Assembly: GCA_964458615.1 (NCBI GenBank)
Contig: CAYWJR010000001.1
Span: 24,429-88,428, forward strand
Direction of reading: 5' to 3'
Length of the DNA stretch: 64,000 nt
DNA from: an uncultured Alphaproteobacteria bacterium
GTDB lineage: Bacteria > Pseudomonadota > Alphaproteobacteria > SHNJ01
Part shown: in pieces, positions 1-9,402 of the stretch
Position numbering within the stretch: the first letter of the stretch is position 1
Layout: each line of letters starts with the position of its first letter
Program-made: the position numbers and the translations under genes
Notes under the pieces: model-generated
The model's input: only the letters and a program-made list of their open reading frames with translations
Database searches by the model: none
Told to the model about the DNA's origin: nothing

Positions 1-591
1 GCTGCCGACCGCGAACATTTCCACTTTGTCCTTGTCGACGATTTGAATGCGCAATCCTTCGGGCGTTTTATCCATCAAAAGATTTTTGGCCAGATCCTTT
101 AATTCCGGATCGGATTCGATACTTTTGCGGATTTCTTCTTCGGCCGCTTTGAATTGCGCTTCTTCTTTTTTGGCGATCAATTCTTCCAACTTTTTATCTT
201 CGGTTTCTTCGGCTGAAGACGCCGGAAAATCGTTATCCGGGCCTTCGGTTACGTCTTGGGGCGGTGTCATGGATGGCGACACAGACATCGTCGTTGTGTT
301 TTGAGTCAAAGCGCCGTCAGGGCCTGCCGTCGTGCCGCCCAATACGCCACCGGAACCGGATATATTGACTTTGGTAACGGTCACGGGGTTAAAATAGTTT
401 GCGATACCCATGCGTTGTTCCTGGCTGGTCGCATTCAACAGCCACATCAGCAAAAAAAACGCCATCATCGCGGTAACGAAGTCGGCATAAGCGACTTTCC
501 ACGCGCCGCCGTGGTGGCCATGCCCATGGCCTTTTTTTACCTTTTTGATTATGGGTTGTTTTTCGCCGGATTTGTCTTTTTTATCGGCCAT
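1..591 (-). CDS. motB: Flagellar motor stator protein MotB. Only the N-terminal part is in the window; the gene continues past the left edge.
   Basis: Reverse-strand translation from the ATG at 591 gives MADKKDKSGEKQPIIKKVKKGHGHGHHGGAWKVAYADFVTAMMAFFLLMWLLN. This is the characteristic MotB N-terminus: positively charged, then the TM helix with the conserved Asp. It lies 10 nt downstream of the motA stop. It is not in the ORF track because it runs off the window. Confidence 0.85.
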   Translation of the reverse strand, partial: MADKKDKSGEKQPIIKKVKKGHGHGHHGGAWKVAYADFVTAMMAFFLLMWLLNATSQEQRMGIANYFNPVTVTKVNISGSGGVLGGTTAGPDGALTQNTTTMSVSPSMTPPQDVTEGPDNDFPASSAEETEDKKLEELIAKKEEAQFKAAEEEIRKSIESDPELKDLAKNLLMDKTPEGLRIQIVDKDKVEMFAVGS

Positions 592-600
592 TTTTTATGC

Positions 601-1464
601 CTATAAAGTGACTTTGGAACAGGCTTCTTCGACTTCGAAGAATGATGGGCGAACGATAGACGGCAATGATTTTCTGGCCATTTCCACCGAAACGGACGGC
701 GGATAACCCTGCATATGCGCTAACAAGGCTGCCTTGATGGCAAGAAAATATTTTCCATCCATCATATGAATATTTTTCAAATGTGCCGCCATAGGGCCGA
801 AAATCCCGTATGCCAAGAACACGCCCAAAAACGTACCGACCAACGCGCCGCCGATCATTCCGCCAAGCACAGGCGGCGGCTGATCGATGGAACCCATGGT
901 CTTAATAACACCCAAAACCGCGGCGACGATCCCGATTGCGGGCAAACCGTCGGCCAAATTCTGAATGGCGCCGGATACTTGTTCTTCTTCTTGGTGGTGG
1001 GTTTCCAACTCCAAATCGATGATAGATTCCATTTCATGAGGGTTGTCGGTGCCCAATGTCCACATGCGCAAATAATCGCATAAAAAGACTGGCGCATGAT
1101 GGTCGTGCAGAAAATGCGGGAATTTTTTGAAAAATTCGCTTTCTTCCGGTTTTTCGATGTGCTGCTCGATCGATAAAATACCTTTGGTTTTGACCAGCTT
1201 GAAGATGGAATACAACAAAGTCAAAAGTTCCAAAAAACTTTCTTTGTCGTGGTGCGCGCCTTTGATGATCGCGCCGATGCCGCCACCAAATTTTTTCAAC
1301 AAAAACGTCGGATTCGCAACAATTGTGGCGCCCAATGCGACGCCGCCGATCATCAGCATCTCTTTGGGCAAAGCGTGCGCGATAATGCCGATATTGCCCC
1401 CGAACAGCACATAGGCGCCGAAGGAACAGAATATAACAATGCCAAGGCCAACGAAAATGAACAT
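601..1464 (-). CDS. motA: Flagellar motor stator protein MotA (proton channel).
   Basis: 287 aa with four TM segments and an acidic cytoplasmic loop. Full-length similarity to MotA (e.g. ...LPAIGIVAAVLGVIKTMGSIDQPP..., ...GALVGTFLGVFLAYGIFGPMA...). Followed directly by motB. Confidence 0.9.
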   Translation of the reverse strand: MFIFVGLGIVIFCSFGAYVLFGGNIGIIAHALPKEMLMIGGVALGATIVANPTFLLKKFGGGIGAIIKGAHHDKESFLELLTLLYSIFKLVKTKGILSIEQHIEKPEESEFFKKFPHFLHDHHAPVFLCDYLRMWTLGTDNPHEMESIIDLELETHHQEEEQVSGAIQNLADGLPAIGIVAAVLGVIKTMGSIDQPPPVLGGMIGGALVGTFLGVFLAYGIFGPMAAHLKNIHMMDGKYFLAIKAALLAHMQGYPPSVSVEMARKSLPSIVRPSFFEVEEACSKVTL

Positions 1465-1654
1465 AGGACAAATATTTGGAAAATAAGGGTGGTACCAGTC
1501 TTGATTATGCGGGGTAAATGGTTAAGAGATAGTAACATCCAGGGGGGAATGAGAAAAAATCGCGGGGATATGGCGGATTATCCACTGGATGCGATAATTT
1601 CACATGCCATAATACGGTTTGGTAACAATTTTTTAATTAACGGTTTCGTGTCTG

Positions 1655-2509
1655 ATGCGGGAACAAAACTATAATTTTGTCTGGAATGGCCAGCCAATGT
1701 CGCTTGGATATTTGGAATGGGGCGCGTCCGATAATCCGAAAACACTGGTTTGCGTTCACGGCCTGACGCGCAACAGCCATGATTTCGATTTTCTGGCGGA
1801 AACATTATCGGCCGATTACCGCGTATTGTCGATCGATGTCGCCGGGCGGGGGCGCAGCGCGTGGCTTGACGATAAAATGCAATACCATATCGGCACATAT
1901 GCCGCGCACATCATTCAATTTTTGATGCAGCAAAATATTCAATCGGTCGATTGGATCGGCACATCCATGGGCGGTTTGACCGCGATGATGGCAAATACGT
2001 TGAATCCGTCATTGATCCGCAAATTAATTTTAAACGATGTAGGACCGCATTTGCCGCAATTATCGTTGCAACGCATCCGTGCCTATGCCAGCCAGCGGCC
2101 AAAATTCATGCATCTGGAACATGCCAAGGGATATTTCAAAAAAAATTATCTGGCGTTCGGCATTACCGATGAACGTCATTGGGACCATTTGGCGAAATAT
2201 TCGACCCGCCCGGATCCCACAGATTCAAATGGCGGGTTGATATTGCATTACGATCCGGACATCGCGGTTCCGTTTCAACAGGCCGCCGAAAAAGGCGATC
2301 TGGATCTGTGGCCGTTATGGGACGGTATTCAATGCCCCACATTGGTTATACGCGGCAAAACATCCGATGTATTGCCGCCCCAGACCTTGCAAAGAATGCT
2401 GCAAAAAGGCGGCTTTGTCGAAACAGTGGAAATAGAAAACGCCGGACACGCGCCAGCGTTGATGGACAAGGATCAAATCGCCATGATAAAAAACTGGCTG
2501 GGAAAATAA
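1655..2509 (+). CDS. Alpha/beta-fold hydrolase.
   Basis: 284 aa. HG motif (VCVHGLTRNSHDF), nucleophile elbow GTSMGG, and C-terminal His (ENAGHAPAL). Confidence 0.75.
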   Translation: MREQNYNFVWNGQPMSLGYLEWGASDNPKTLVCVHGLTRNSHDFDFLAETLSADYRVLSIDVAGRGRSAWLDDKMQYHIGTYAAHIIQFLMQQNIQSVDWIGTSMGGLTAMMANTLNPSLIRKLILNDVGPHLPQLSLQRIRAYASQRPKFMHLEHAKGYFKKNYLAFGITDERHWDHLAKYSTRPDPTDSNGGLILHYDPDIAVPFQQAAEKGDLDLWPLWDGIQCPTLVIRGKTSDVLPPQTLQRMLQKGGFVETVEIENAGHAPALMDKDQIAMIKNWLGK

Positions 2510-2520
2510 AAGGTTTCATC

Positions 2521-3675
2521 ATGAATTTTACATTGTCGCCCGAACAAACCGCATTGCAAGAAATGGCGCGGAAATTCGCGTCGGAAAAATTATTTCCTTT
2601 CGCCGGGCAATGGGACGAACAAGAACATTTCCCGATGGACGTTTTGCGCGACGCCGCCGCGCTTGGGTTTACGGGATTATATTTGCCGGAACAATATGGC
2701 GGATCGGCGTTAACACGCCTGGATGCAGCGATCATATTCGAATCCCTGGCGGCGGGATGTGTTTCAACGACGGCGTTTTTAACCGTGCATAACATGGTGT
2801 CTTGGATAATCGAACAATATGCGCAAACGGACGTCAAAAAACATTTCTTGCCGAAAATGGCCGGGCTTCAGGCGATGGGCAGTTATTGCTTGACCGAATC
2901 GGGATCTGGGTCGGATGCCGCATCGCTGAAAACAAAAGCAATCAAGGACGGCGGCGATTACATCATAACCGGGAACAAGGTTTTCATCACCGCCGGCGGG
3001 GTCAGCGACGTATACGTTGTCATGGCCAGAACCGGGGGCGACGGCGCCGGGGGAATTTCCGCGATCTTGGTTGAAAAAGGCGCCAAGGGATTGTCGTTCG
3101 GCAAACCGGAACAGAAAATGGGTTGGCGCAACCAAGCCACCAATTCCATGAATTTGGATGGTGTGCGCGTGCCGCAAACCAATTTATTGGGCAAAGAAGG
3201 CGATGGGTTCAAAATCGCCATGCGCGCATTGGATGGCGGGCGGATCAATATCGCCGCCTGTTCATTGGGCGGCGCGCAATCCGCGCTGGATCTGGCCGGG
3301 CGGTACGTGCATGAACGCAAACAGTTCGGTAAAAAATTATCGGAATTCCAGGCATTGCAATTCAAAATCGCCAATATGGCGATTCAATTGGATGCCGCGC
3401 GGTTATTGACTTATCGCGCCGCCCAAAGTTTGGACGACGCCGATCCAAACGCCGCATTGCATTCGGCGATGGCAAAAAAATTCGCGTCCGAAGCGGCCTT
3501 TGCCATTGCCGATGAATCGTTGCAATTGCACGGCGGATATGGATATGTGCGCGAATACCAAATCGAACGGATATTCCGCGATCTGCGCGTGAACAGGATT
3601 TTAGAAGGCACCAATGAAATCATGCAACTGATCGTTGCGCGTAAAATATTGGAACAATATGCGGACGCCGCATGA
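2521..3675 (+). CDS. Acyl-CoA dehydrogenase (short/branched-chain, isobutyryl-CoA dehydrogenase-like).
   Basis: 384 aa starting at MNFTLSPEQ. ACAD motifs: CLTESGSGSDAAS, and the C-terminal QLHGGYGY...RDLRVNRILEGTNEIM with the catalytic Glu. The track ORF 2179..3675 is an unlikely upstream extension. A start at 2521 leaves an 11-nt gap after the hydrolase stop. Confidence 0.85.
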   Translation: MNFTLSPEQTALQEMARKFASEKLFPFAGQWDEQEHFPMDVLRDAAALGFTGLYLPEQYGGSALTRLDAAIIFESLAAGCVSTTAFLTVHNMVSWIIEQYAQTDVKKHFLPKMAGLQAMGSYCLTESGSGSDAASLKTKAIKDGGDYIITGNKVFITAGGVSDVYVVMARTGGDGAGGISAILVEKGAKGLSFGKPEQKMGWRNQATNSMNLDGVRVPQTNLLGKEGDGFKIAMRALDGGRINIAACSLGGAQSALDLAGRYVHERKQFGKKLSEFQALQFKIANMAIQLDAARLLTYRAAQSLDDADPNAALHSAMAKKFASEAAFAIADESLQLHGGYGYVREYQIERIFRDLRVNRILEGTNEIMQLIVARKILEQYADAA

Positions 3676-4718
3676 CCGATCCCGTTATATTGCAACATAA
3701 TTCGCCCATCGGGCACATTATATTGAACCGTCCGAACAGTTTGAATTCGCTGAATCTGGAAATGATTCAAACCATTCATGCCGCATTGGATGAATGGCGC
3801 AACGATCCCAATATCGTGGCAATTTTGGTCGAAGGCGCGGGGGAACGCGCATTTTGCGCCGGCGGCGATATACGGTTGATGCACACCCGCCGGGGCGATT
3901 TTGATTTTGGTTACGATATTTTCAAAACCGAATATACGTTGAATCATAAAATCGACAATTATCCGAAACCATATATTTCCATTATGAATGGAATCGTAAT
4001 GGGCGGCGGTATCGGCATTTCGGTATATGGCAGCCACCGCATTATGACCGCCAGCACGAAATTCGCGATGCCGGAATGCGGAATCGGACTGTTTCCCGAT
4101 GTGGGCGGCAGTTATTTTCTGCCCAAGGCGCCTGGAAAAATCGGCATTTATCACGCCCTGACCGGAACGCCAATGGATGCGGCCGATGCGATTTACGCGG
4201 GCATGGGCACGCATTATTTGACACAAAAATCATTGCATACATTCAAACACAAATTATTTTCGATTCAATCCGCCGCAGATATTGACCGGTTATTGGATGA
4301 ATTGTCGTCCAAACCGGAATCGCCGTCCAAATTGCAAAAATTCCAACCGGAAATCGATCGGCATTTTTCACACTCCTCGCTTGATGAAATTTACCGCAAT
4401 TTAGAATCAAGCGAGTGGGGGCGGGATGTCAAACAAATCATCGATAAAAATTCCCCAACCAGCATGGGCATTACATTCGAAGCATTTCGCCGTTCCCGCG
4501 GGCAAACATTGGCGCAAGTGTTGCAAACCGAATTGTTGTTAAGCCAGCAATGCATTCGCCGCGATGAATTTTTCGAAGGCGTCCGCGCCGCGGTGATCGA
4601 CAAAGACCGAAACCCAAAATGGAATCCTGGCAACATTTTTCAAATCGATTGGGACATTGTGCTCGATCATTTCAAACCCTTGCCAGGCGTGAATTGCGAC
4701 ATATTTCACCCCCAATAG
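3672..4718 (+). CDS. 3-hydroxyisobutyryl-CoA hydrolase / enoyl-CoA hydratase-isomerase family.
   Basis: 348 aa. Crotonase fold motifs (AFCAGGDI, MNGIVMGGGIGIS...) and the C-terminal extension typical of HIBCH. ATGA overlap with the preceding dehydrogenase; together a valine-catabolism pair. Confidence 0.8.
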   Translation: MTDPVILQHNSPIGHIILNRPNSLNSLNLEMIQTIHAALDEWRNDPNIVAILVEGAGERAFCAGGDIRLMHTRRGDFDFGYDIFKTEYTLNHKIDNYPKPYISIMNGIVMGGGIGISVYGSHRIMTASTKFAMPECGIGLFPDVGGSYFLPKAPGKIGIYHALTGTPMDAADAIYAGMGTHYLTQKSLHTFKHKLFSIQSAADIDRLLDELSSKPESPSKLQKFQPEIDRHFSHSSLDEIYRNLESSEWGRDVKQIIDKNSPTSMGITFEAFRRSRGQTLAQVLQTELLLSQQCIRRDEFFEGVRAAVIDKDRNPKWNPGNIFQIDWDIVLDHFKPLPGVNCDIFHPQ

Positions 4719-4933
4719 GATCTTTTAAAAATATTATTGATTTTTTGAAAAAAAACGATTATTATACGATTATTACAAAATGACAACCAAGTATGTAATA
4801 TTTATTACAGCATTTAACGTTTTCTTTACCATTTTAGTATAAAAAGAGATACGCTATATGCTAATTTAGATACAAGGCGTCTTTAAATAACAACAGCCTT
4901 CAATAAAAATTACGCATACCGGGGGTCGCATAG

Positions 4934-5302
4934 ATGGTTACGATTATGATACGGGAAAACGAACACACATCACATGGAATGATTGCCGGATCGGGGCGGG
5001 TGAATTTCAACGCGCCATTCCGACTGCCTGCATTAAAAAGCCTGTCCAAGGATCAATTGGATGAACGCGTCGACCCATTATTAGAAGCCACTACCGAAGA
5101 ATTATTGATGATGCGCGAAAAAACCTATGCGGTTTTGGATCGCATGGACGAACTCGAGGCGTCGGGGCAAAAAATCCCTGTCGTTGAATTCGAAGAAATT
5201 TTACGCGGTGCGGCCGTTATCGAACAATTTTTGGCCGAACGGATGCAAGGCATTATGCGCAGCAAAGGCGGAAAAATAACAAACAAGGCGGAGGTACTGT
5301 AA
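4934..5302 (+). CDS. Hypothetical protein (122 aa).
   Basis: ORF after a roughly 215-bp AT-rich leader (4720..4930). No recognisable family. Start uncertain; alternative ATGs at 4946 and 4979. Confidence 0.4.
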   Translation: MVTIMIRENEHTSHGMIAGSGRVNFNAPFRLPALKSLSKDQLDERVDPLLEATTEELLMMREKTYAVLDRMDELEASGQKIPVVEFEEILRGAAVIEQFLAERMQGIMRSKGGKITNKAEVL

Positions 5303-5303
5303 A

Positions 5304-5477
5304 ATGGACAGAGCAAAATTCATGAACAAAGGCGCGGTTGATCCAAGCAAAGTTTTCGGCAGTATGGGCGTGCATGAAATGCATGCAGCCGTTCACAGCG
5401 GCAGACGCGAGCCATTATTAACAGCGACCACGACATTGAATCCATTGGCAATGGCAATGTCCCGCGGTTCGCGCTAG
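5304..5477 (+). CDS. Small hypothetical protein (57 aa).
   Basis: ATG one nt after the previous stop (translational coupling). Followed by a strong intrinsic terminator. Not in the ORF track (below the length cutoff). Confidence 0.3.
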   Translation: MDRAKFMNKGAVDPSKVFGSMGVHEMHAAVHSGRREPLLTATTTLNPLAMAMSRGSR

Positions 5478-5500
5478 TAACTTGTTTGAACGTTTATAAA

Positions 5501-5536
5501 ACGCCAAGCCACATCAGGTGGCTGGCGTTTTTTTAT
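5501..5536 (+). terminator. Rho-independent terminator.
   Basis: Hairpin acgccaagccac-atcag-gtggctggcgt followed by TTTTTTTATTT. Confidence 0.6.
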
Positions 5537-5592
5537 TTATGCGGCTACGATCCGTTAATCCTAATCGATTTAACTTTAACGATCGGAATCTT

Positions 5593-6123
5593 ATGATTCG
5601 CCTCGCAAACGCATTATTCATTTGTTTTGTATTTTTTAACGCACCCGCCGCCGATGCATCGTCTATTTATGCAAAACGTAAAAATCCGGCGCAACCAGCC
5701 GCGGCACCGGAAATATCCGATTCCACAGCAAACGAACAACTGGAATTGCCCGTATCTGCCGCGCCAAATGCGCCCATACCGTCCCCAACACCATCCAACG
5801 ATCAAATGATGCAAACGGCGGTGCAATCCACCATGTCGTCATTGACGGGCGATCAATTGCAATTATTGGCCGCGTGTTTGGAAAAACATATCGATTCGGA
5901 TACCGTCAATGCGATTGTGGGCGGGGGGGATTATTCCGGTGCGGGGCAGGCGATATCGCCCGGCAGTTATCAGAATGCGCAAAATTTTATTGCAACGCCC
6001 ATGGGCAAACAGGTGATGCAAAATTGCAATGCGGAAATACAGACATTGTTGCCGCAAGTGCAACAGCAATTTCAACAGGATTTATCACAAAAACCCGCAT
6101 TAGCCCCAGCGCCAGTCCAATAA
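5593..6123 (+). CDS. Secreted hypothetical protein.
   Basis: Start chosen at MIRLANALFICFVFFNAPAADA (signal peptide) because the upstream part of track ORF 5518..6123 overlaps the terminator hairpin. Pro/Ala/Gln-rich low-complexity body. Confidence 0.5.
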   Translation: MIRLANALFICFVFFNAPAADASSIYAKRKNPAQPAAAPEISDSTANEQLELPVSAAPNAPIPSPTPSNDQMMQTAVQSTMSSLTGDQLQLLAACLEKHIDSDTVNAIVGGGDYSGAGQAISPGSYQNAQNFIATPMGKQVMQNCNAEIQTLLPQVQQQFQQDLSQKPALAPAPVQ

Positions 6124-6207
6124 AGCTGTTATAATATTCCAATATGGATTAGAATTAATGTGTGGCTGGAACAAGCCATTTCATAATACCAAAGGCACAG
6201 GTTTATC

Positions 6208-7107
6208 ATGCGTCATTTCGTTCTTATTTTGGCTTTATCGATTGCCATTGCGCCGTTTGCCGCCAGCGCGCAAACCGGATATTTCGATCCGTTCCGCGAC
6301 AAAGGCAGCCATCCCGGGTCGGATTACAATCCCGAAGTCCGCGACAGCAGGCCGAGCGTGAAAAACGACGCCAAATCGCCGTCGGTTTCCGGCAACACCG
6401 GATCCATGCGCAGCGGATTGATGGATTTGAAATTGTCCGATTACGATCAGACCATGTTCGACAATTGTAGATCCGAAGCGTTAAGCGGCGGTTCGGACAT
6501 TATGCAAATTCGCAATGCCACCAGTTTTCTAAAGGCGCCGTACCGCAACCAATCTTGCGCGAAATTTGTGGTTGAAAAAATGCTGAACGGCATGGACACC
6601 GCGATGCGCAACAATCCCGAAGCTCTGCTTGAATTTCAACGCAGCAAAGATGCCCAAAGAAAATACGACGAATTGAAAAAAGCCTATATCATACTGGGTC
6701 GCGGCAATCCTGTTGCCGCGGATAATTCCGGCGATTTTTATCCGTTTTTGTCGAACAAAACAAAAACCGAATCCAGTACGGGCGGATTCAACAGCCTAAG
6801 CGCGAATCAGTTGCTTTCCAAACCGTTTTCGGTTCCTCCCGAAGAAAGTTACGATTTAACGCCTGCCGCAAAAACCTATGTGCCCCAAGATTGGTGGTCA
6901 AAAGATTATTTGCAGGTCGATATGGCGAAAATACAGGCGCAAATCGCCAGCCGCCAGGAACATAACAACCGTGTTCTAACCCCCGAGGCATCGGGGCCGA
7001 ACCCGCTCAAATCGATCATGATGGAAGCCGAACAAAAAGGCCAATCGCAATCGAATCGCGGACGGCGCCAGGGCGGAACATTGCCATCTTTCGAACATAC
7101 CCAATAA
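6208..7107 (+). CDS. Secreted hypothetical protein (299 aa).
   Basis: Clear signal peptide MRHFVLILALSIAIAPFAASAQ. No recognisable domain. Confidence 0.55.
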   Translation: MRHFVLILALSIAIAPFAASAQTGYFDPFRDKGSHPGSDYNPEVRDSRPSVKNDAKSPSVSGNTGSMRSGLMDLKLSDYDQTMFDNCRSEALSGGSDIMQIRNATSFLKAPYRNQSCAKFVVEKMLNGMDTAMRNNPEALLEFQRSKDAQRKYDELKKAYIILGRGNPVAADNSGDFYPFLSNKTKTESSTGGFNSLSANQLLSKPFSVPPEESYDLTPAAKTYVPQDWWSKDYLQVDMAKIQAQIASRQEHNNRVLTPEASGPNPLKSIMMEAEQKGQSQSNRGRRQGGTLPSFEHTQ

Positions 7108-7125
7108 CATCTCGGCGCAAATAAA

Positions 7126-7710
7126 ATGACATTACGGCGTATTTTGATCATCGCGGCGATATTGTTGGGCGCTTGTTTGGCGTTATTGTGGAATGGCCAG
7201 ACGCAAAAAACCGATTTGGTTGAAGTGAATTTCAATCCTGAATTCGCGTTAACCGGGCATGACGGCCGCGCCATGACCGAACGGGATTTCGCTGAAAAAT
7301 ACACAATTGCATATTTTGGATTCACATCGTGCCCGGACATTTGCCCGGTGGAATTGCAAAAATTGGCCGATGCCTATGCGGCCTTGCCGGCCGCAAAACA
7401 GAAAAAATTGGCGATGATATTTATTACCATCGACCCGTCCCGCGATACCGCGGATAAATTGAAAACTTATACGGCCATTTTCAATCCAGAAATCCAGGGG
7501 CTGACCGGCACGCAAAAGGCGATCGATGCGGCAACCAAAAATTACATGGTCTATGCCAAAAAATCGGATACGGACGAAGATGGTTATTACACAGTGAACC
7601 ATACGTCGATGTTTTATCTGACCATGCCGGGGCCGAAATCCATGGGCGTCTTAAAAACCGATCTAAATGCCCAGCAACTAGCCAAAAACCTGAATATATT
7701 GATCCCGTAA
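7126..7710 (+). CDS. SCO1/SenC family copper chaperone for cytochrome c oxidase assembly (thioredoxin fold).
   Basis: N-terminal TM anchor, CxxxC motif (FTSCPDICP), and the conserved His downstream (VNHTSMFYL). Confidence 0.85.
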   Translation: MTLRRILIIAAILLGACLALLWNGQTQKTDLVEVNFNPEFALTGHDGRAMTERDFAEKYTIAYFGFTSCPDICPVELQKLADAYAALPAAKQKKLAMIFITIDPSRDTADKLKTYTAIFNPEIQGLTGTQKAIDAATKNYMVYAKKSDTDEDGYYTVNHTSMFYLTMPGPKSMGVLKTDLNAQQLAKNLNILIP

Positions 7711-7740
7711 TTTTTCTTTTATTAACGGCTTGATTTTCAT

Positions 7741-7763
7741 GGTATGTTATATTATAACATTTC
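7741..7763. promoter_or_regulatory. Zur-box-like palindrome (candidate zinc uptake regulator operator) in front of znuCBA.
   Basis: Perfect 17-bp palindrome ATGTTATA-T-TATAACAT within ggtATGTTATATTATAACATttc. It resembles the proteobacterial Zur consensus GAAATGTTATANTATAACATTTC and overlaps the first in-frame ATG (7744) of the znuC ORF. Confidence 0.55.
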
Positions 7764-7764
7764 C

Positions 7765-8514
7765 ATGACGCAAATCCTATCGATGACGCCGCAATCCGGC
7801 GCAAAGCCGAAAAACCATGCCGCCGACGACTTGATCGCCATGGACGGCGCGCATATTCATTTCGATAAACGTTGCGTTCTGCATGCGATGAATTTGCGCA
7901 TTCAAAGACAAAGCATGGTCGCGATCATGGGGCCGAACGGTGCGGGTAAAACCAGCCTGCTGCGCGCGATTGTCGGCATTTTGCCGGTAACAACCGGATC
8001 CATCGCCATCGCAGGACGGCAGAAATTGACCATTGGCTATTTGCCGCAAATTTCCGATTTCGACCGGGATTTTCCATTGCGCGTTTCGGAATTGGTCGGC
8101 ATGGGTTTAATGAAAAAGAAATTGGCTAAAACGGCCCGCAAGGAAATCGTCGATAACGCGCTGGCCGATGTGCAATTATCGGATTACGCCGACAGTTTTA
8201 TTCAGGATCTGTCGGCCGGCCAATTGAAACGCGCATTTTTGGCGCGGATTTTGGCGCAGGATGCCGATATATTTTGTTTGGATGAACCGTTCGCGGAATT
8301 GGATCAATCCAGCACCGCGCAAATCATGTCATTGTTAAAACGCGCGCAAGCGCGGGGTAAAACAATTTTGGTTGTCATTCACGATCCCGCGCTGCTGAAT
8401 CAAGGATTCGATCAGATATTGAGAATTAGCAACCAAACCGCGACTTTGGATATAAATCCACATACTTACCCGCAATCGGCTTTGCGCGGATACAAACATG
8501 CTGAACCAGCCTAA
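7765..8514 (+). CDS. znuC: Metal (zinc/manganese) ABC transporter ATP-binding protein.
   Basis: Walker A GPNGAGKTS, ABC signature LSAGQLKR, Walker B IFCLDEP. Start placed at the first ATG downstream of the palindrome (MTQILS). 7744 or 7783 are alternatives. Confidence 0.8.
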   Translation: MTQILSMTPQSGAKPKNHAADDLIAMDGAHIHFDKRCVLHAMNLRIQRQSMVAIMGPNGAGKTSLLRAIVGILPVTTGSIAIAGRQKLTIGYLPQISDFDRDFPLRVSELVGMGLMKKKLAKTARKEIVDNALADVQLSDYADSFIQDLSAGQLKRAFLARILAQDADIFCLDEPFAELDQSSTAQIMSLLKRAQARGKTILVVIHDPALLNQGFDQILRISNQTATLDINPHTYPQSALRGYKHAEPA

Positions 8515-9367
8515 TTTCCAACAAATATTTATCGATCCATTTTTGAATTACGGATTTATGCAGGCCGCCTTGGCCGCGTTAGCGTTGTTGTGTTTATCCA
8601 GCATTCCAATCGGCGCGTTTGTGGTGTTGCGCCGGATCAGTTTGGTGGGTGATACTTTATCGCACGCCGTGTTGCCCGGTGTCGCGATTGCGTATGTATT
8701 ATTCGGCTTGTCCATAACCGCCCTGATATTCGGCGCGGTGATAACCGGATTGCTTGTGGCCTTGTTCGCGGGATTTGTATCGCGTAATACCAAATTAAAA
8801 GAAGATTCCAGTTTCGCGTCGTTTTATTTGATCTCGCTGTCTTTGGGGGTTTGCCTGATCAGCACGTTTGGCGGTAATACCGATTTGCTGCATTTTTTAT
8901 TCGGCGATTTATTGACCGTGCCGGATAATTATATTTATTGGCTGATGGGGCTTGTGGCGGCATCGACAACTTTATTTTTCTTGTGTTTCCGCGCATTTAT
9001 CGCCGAATCGTTCGATCCCAGTTTTATGCGCTTAAACGGCATGGGGGGCAGCAAATATTATTTCCTGTTTTTGGCCATGTTCGTCGTCAATATCGTATTT
9101 TCGTATTTTATCCTGGGCACATTATTGTCCATGGGTTTATTTATTCTGCCCGTGATCGCCGCGCGATTTTGGGTGCGCGGGATTATCCCATTGATTGGAT
9201 TGTCGATTGCGATCGGATTGGTATTTTCCTATCTAGGATTGGTTATATCCTATCATTTCAGTTTGCCGGCCGGCGCCAGCATCGTATTATGCCTTGGCGC
9301 CGTGTATGGCATTTCATTGATTGTGCATTTCGCCAACGCCGCCCGCGCCAAATTGTCATTTCAATAA
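8498..9367 (+). CDS. znuB: Metal ABC transporter permease (ZnuB/MntC family).
   Basis: 289 aa, about 8 TM segments, conserved ...RRISLVGDTLSHAVLPGVA... motif. Overlaps the znuC stop. Confidence 0.85.
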   Translation: MLNQPNFQQIFIDPFLNYGFMQAALAALALLCLSSIPIGAFVVLRRISLVGDTLSHAVLPGVAIAYVLFGLSITALIFGAVITGLLVALFAGFVSRNTKLKEDSSFASFYLISLSLGVCLISTFGGNTDLLHFLFGDLLTVPDNYIYWLMGLVAASTTLFFLCFRAFIAESFDPSFMRLNGMGGSKYYFLFLAMFVVNIVFSYFILGTLLSMGLFILPVIAARFWVRGIIPLIGLSIAIGLVFSYLGLVISYHFSLPAGASIVLCLGAVYGISLIVHFANAARAKLSFQ

Positions 9368-9402
9368 GACTGCCTAAAACCGCTTTTCACCAGGAGAACG
9401 CC

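Noticed and set aside
2179-2520. The track ORF 2179..3675 (498 aa) extends the acyl-CoA dehydrogenase 114 codons upstream, overlapping the alpha/beta hydrolase in another frame.
   Set aside because: The extension is Arg/Ser-rich with no homology. The ACAD fold begins at MNFTLSPEQ (2521), and that start gives a tidy 11-nt gap after the hydrolase stop.
6158-6185. tggctggaacaagcc upstream of the 6208 ORF, considered as a sigma-54 (-24/-12) promoter.
   Set aside because: GG-to-GC spacing is 11 rather than the canonical 12, and the flanks do not match TGGCAC/TTGCA.
8938-9402. Upstream 155 codons of the track ORF 8938..10398 fused to znuA.
   Set aside because: This stretch overlaps znuB in a different frame and is Arg/His-rich junk. 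The ZnuA signal peptide starts at 9403 with an SD-like sequence upstream.
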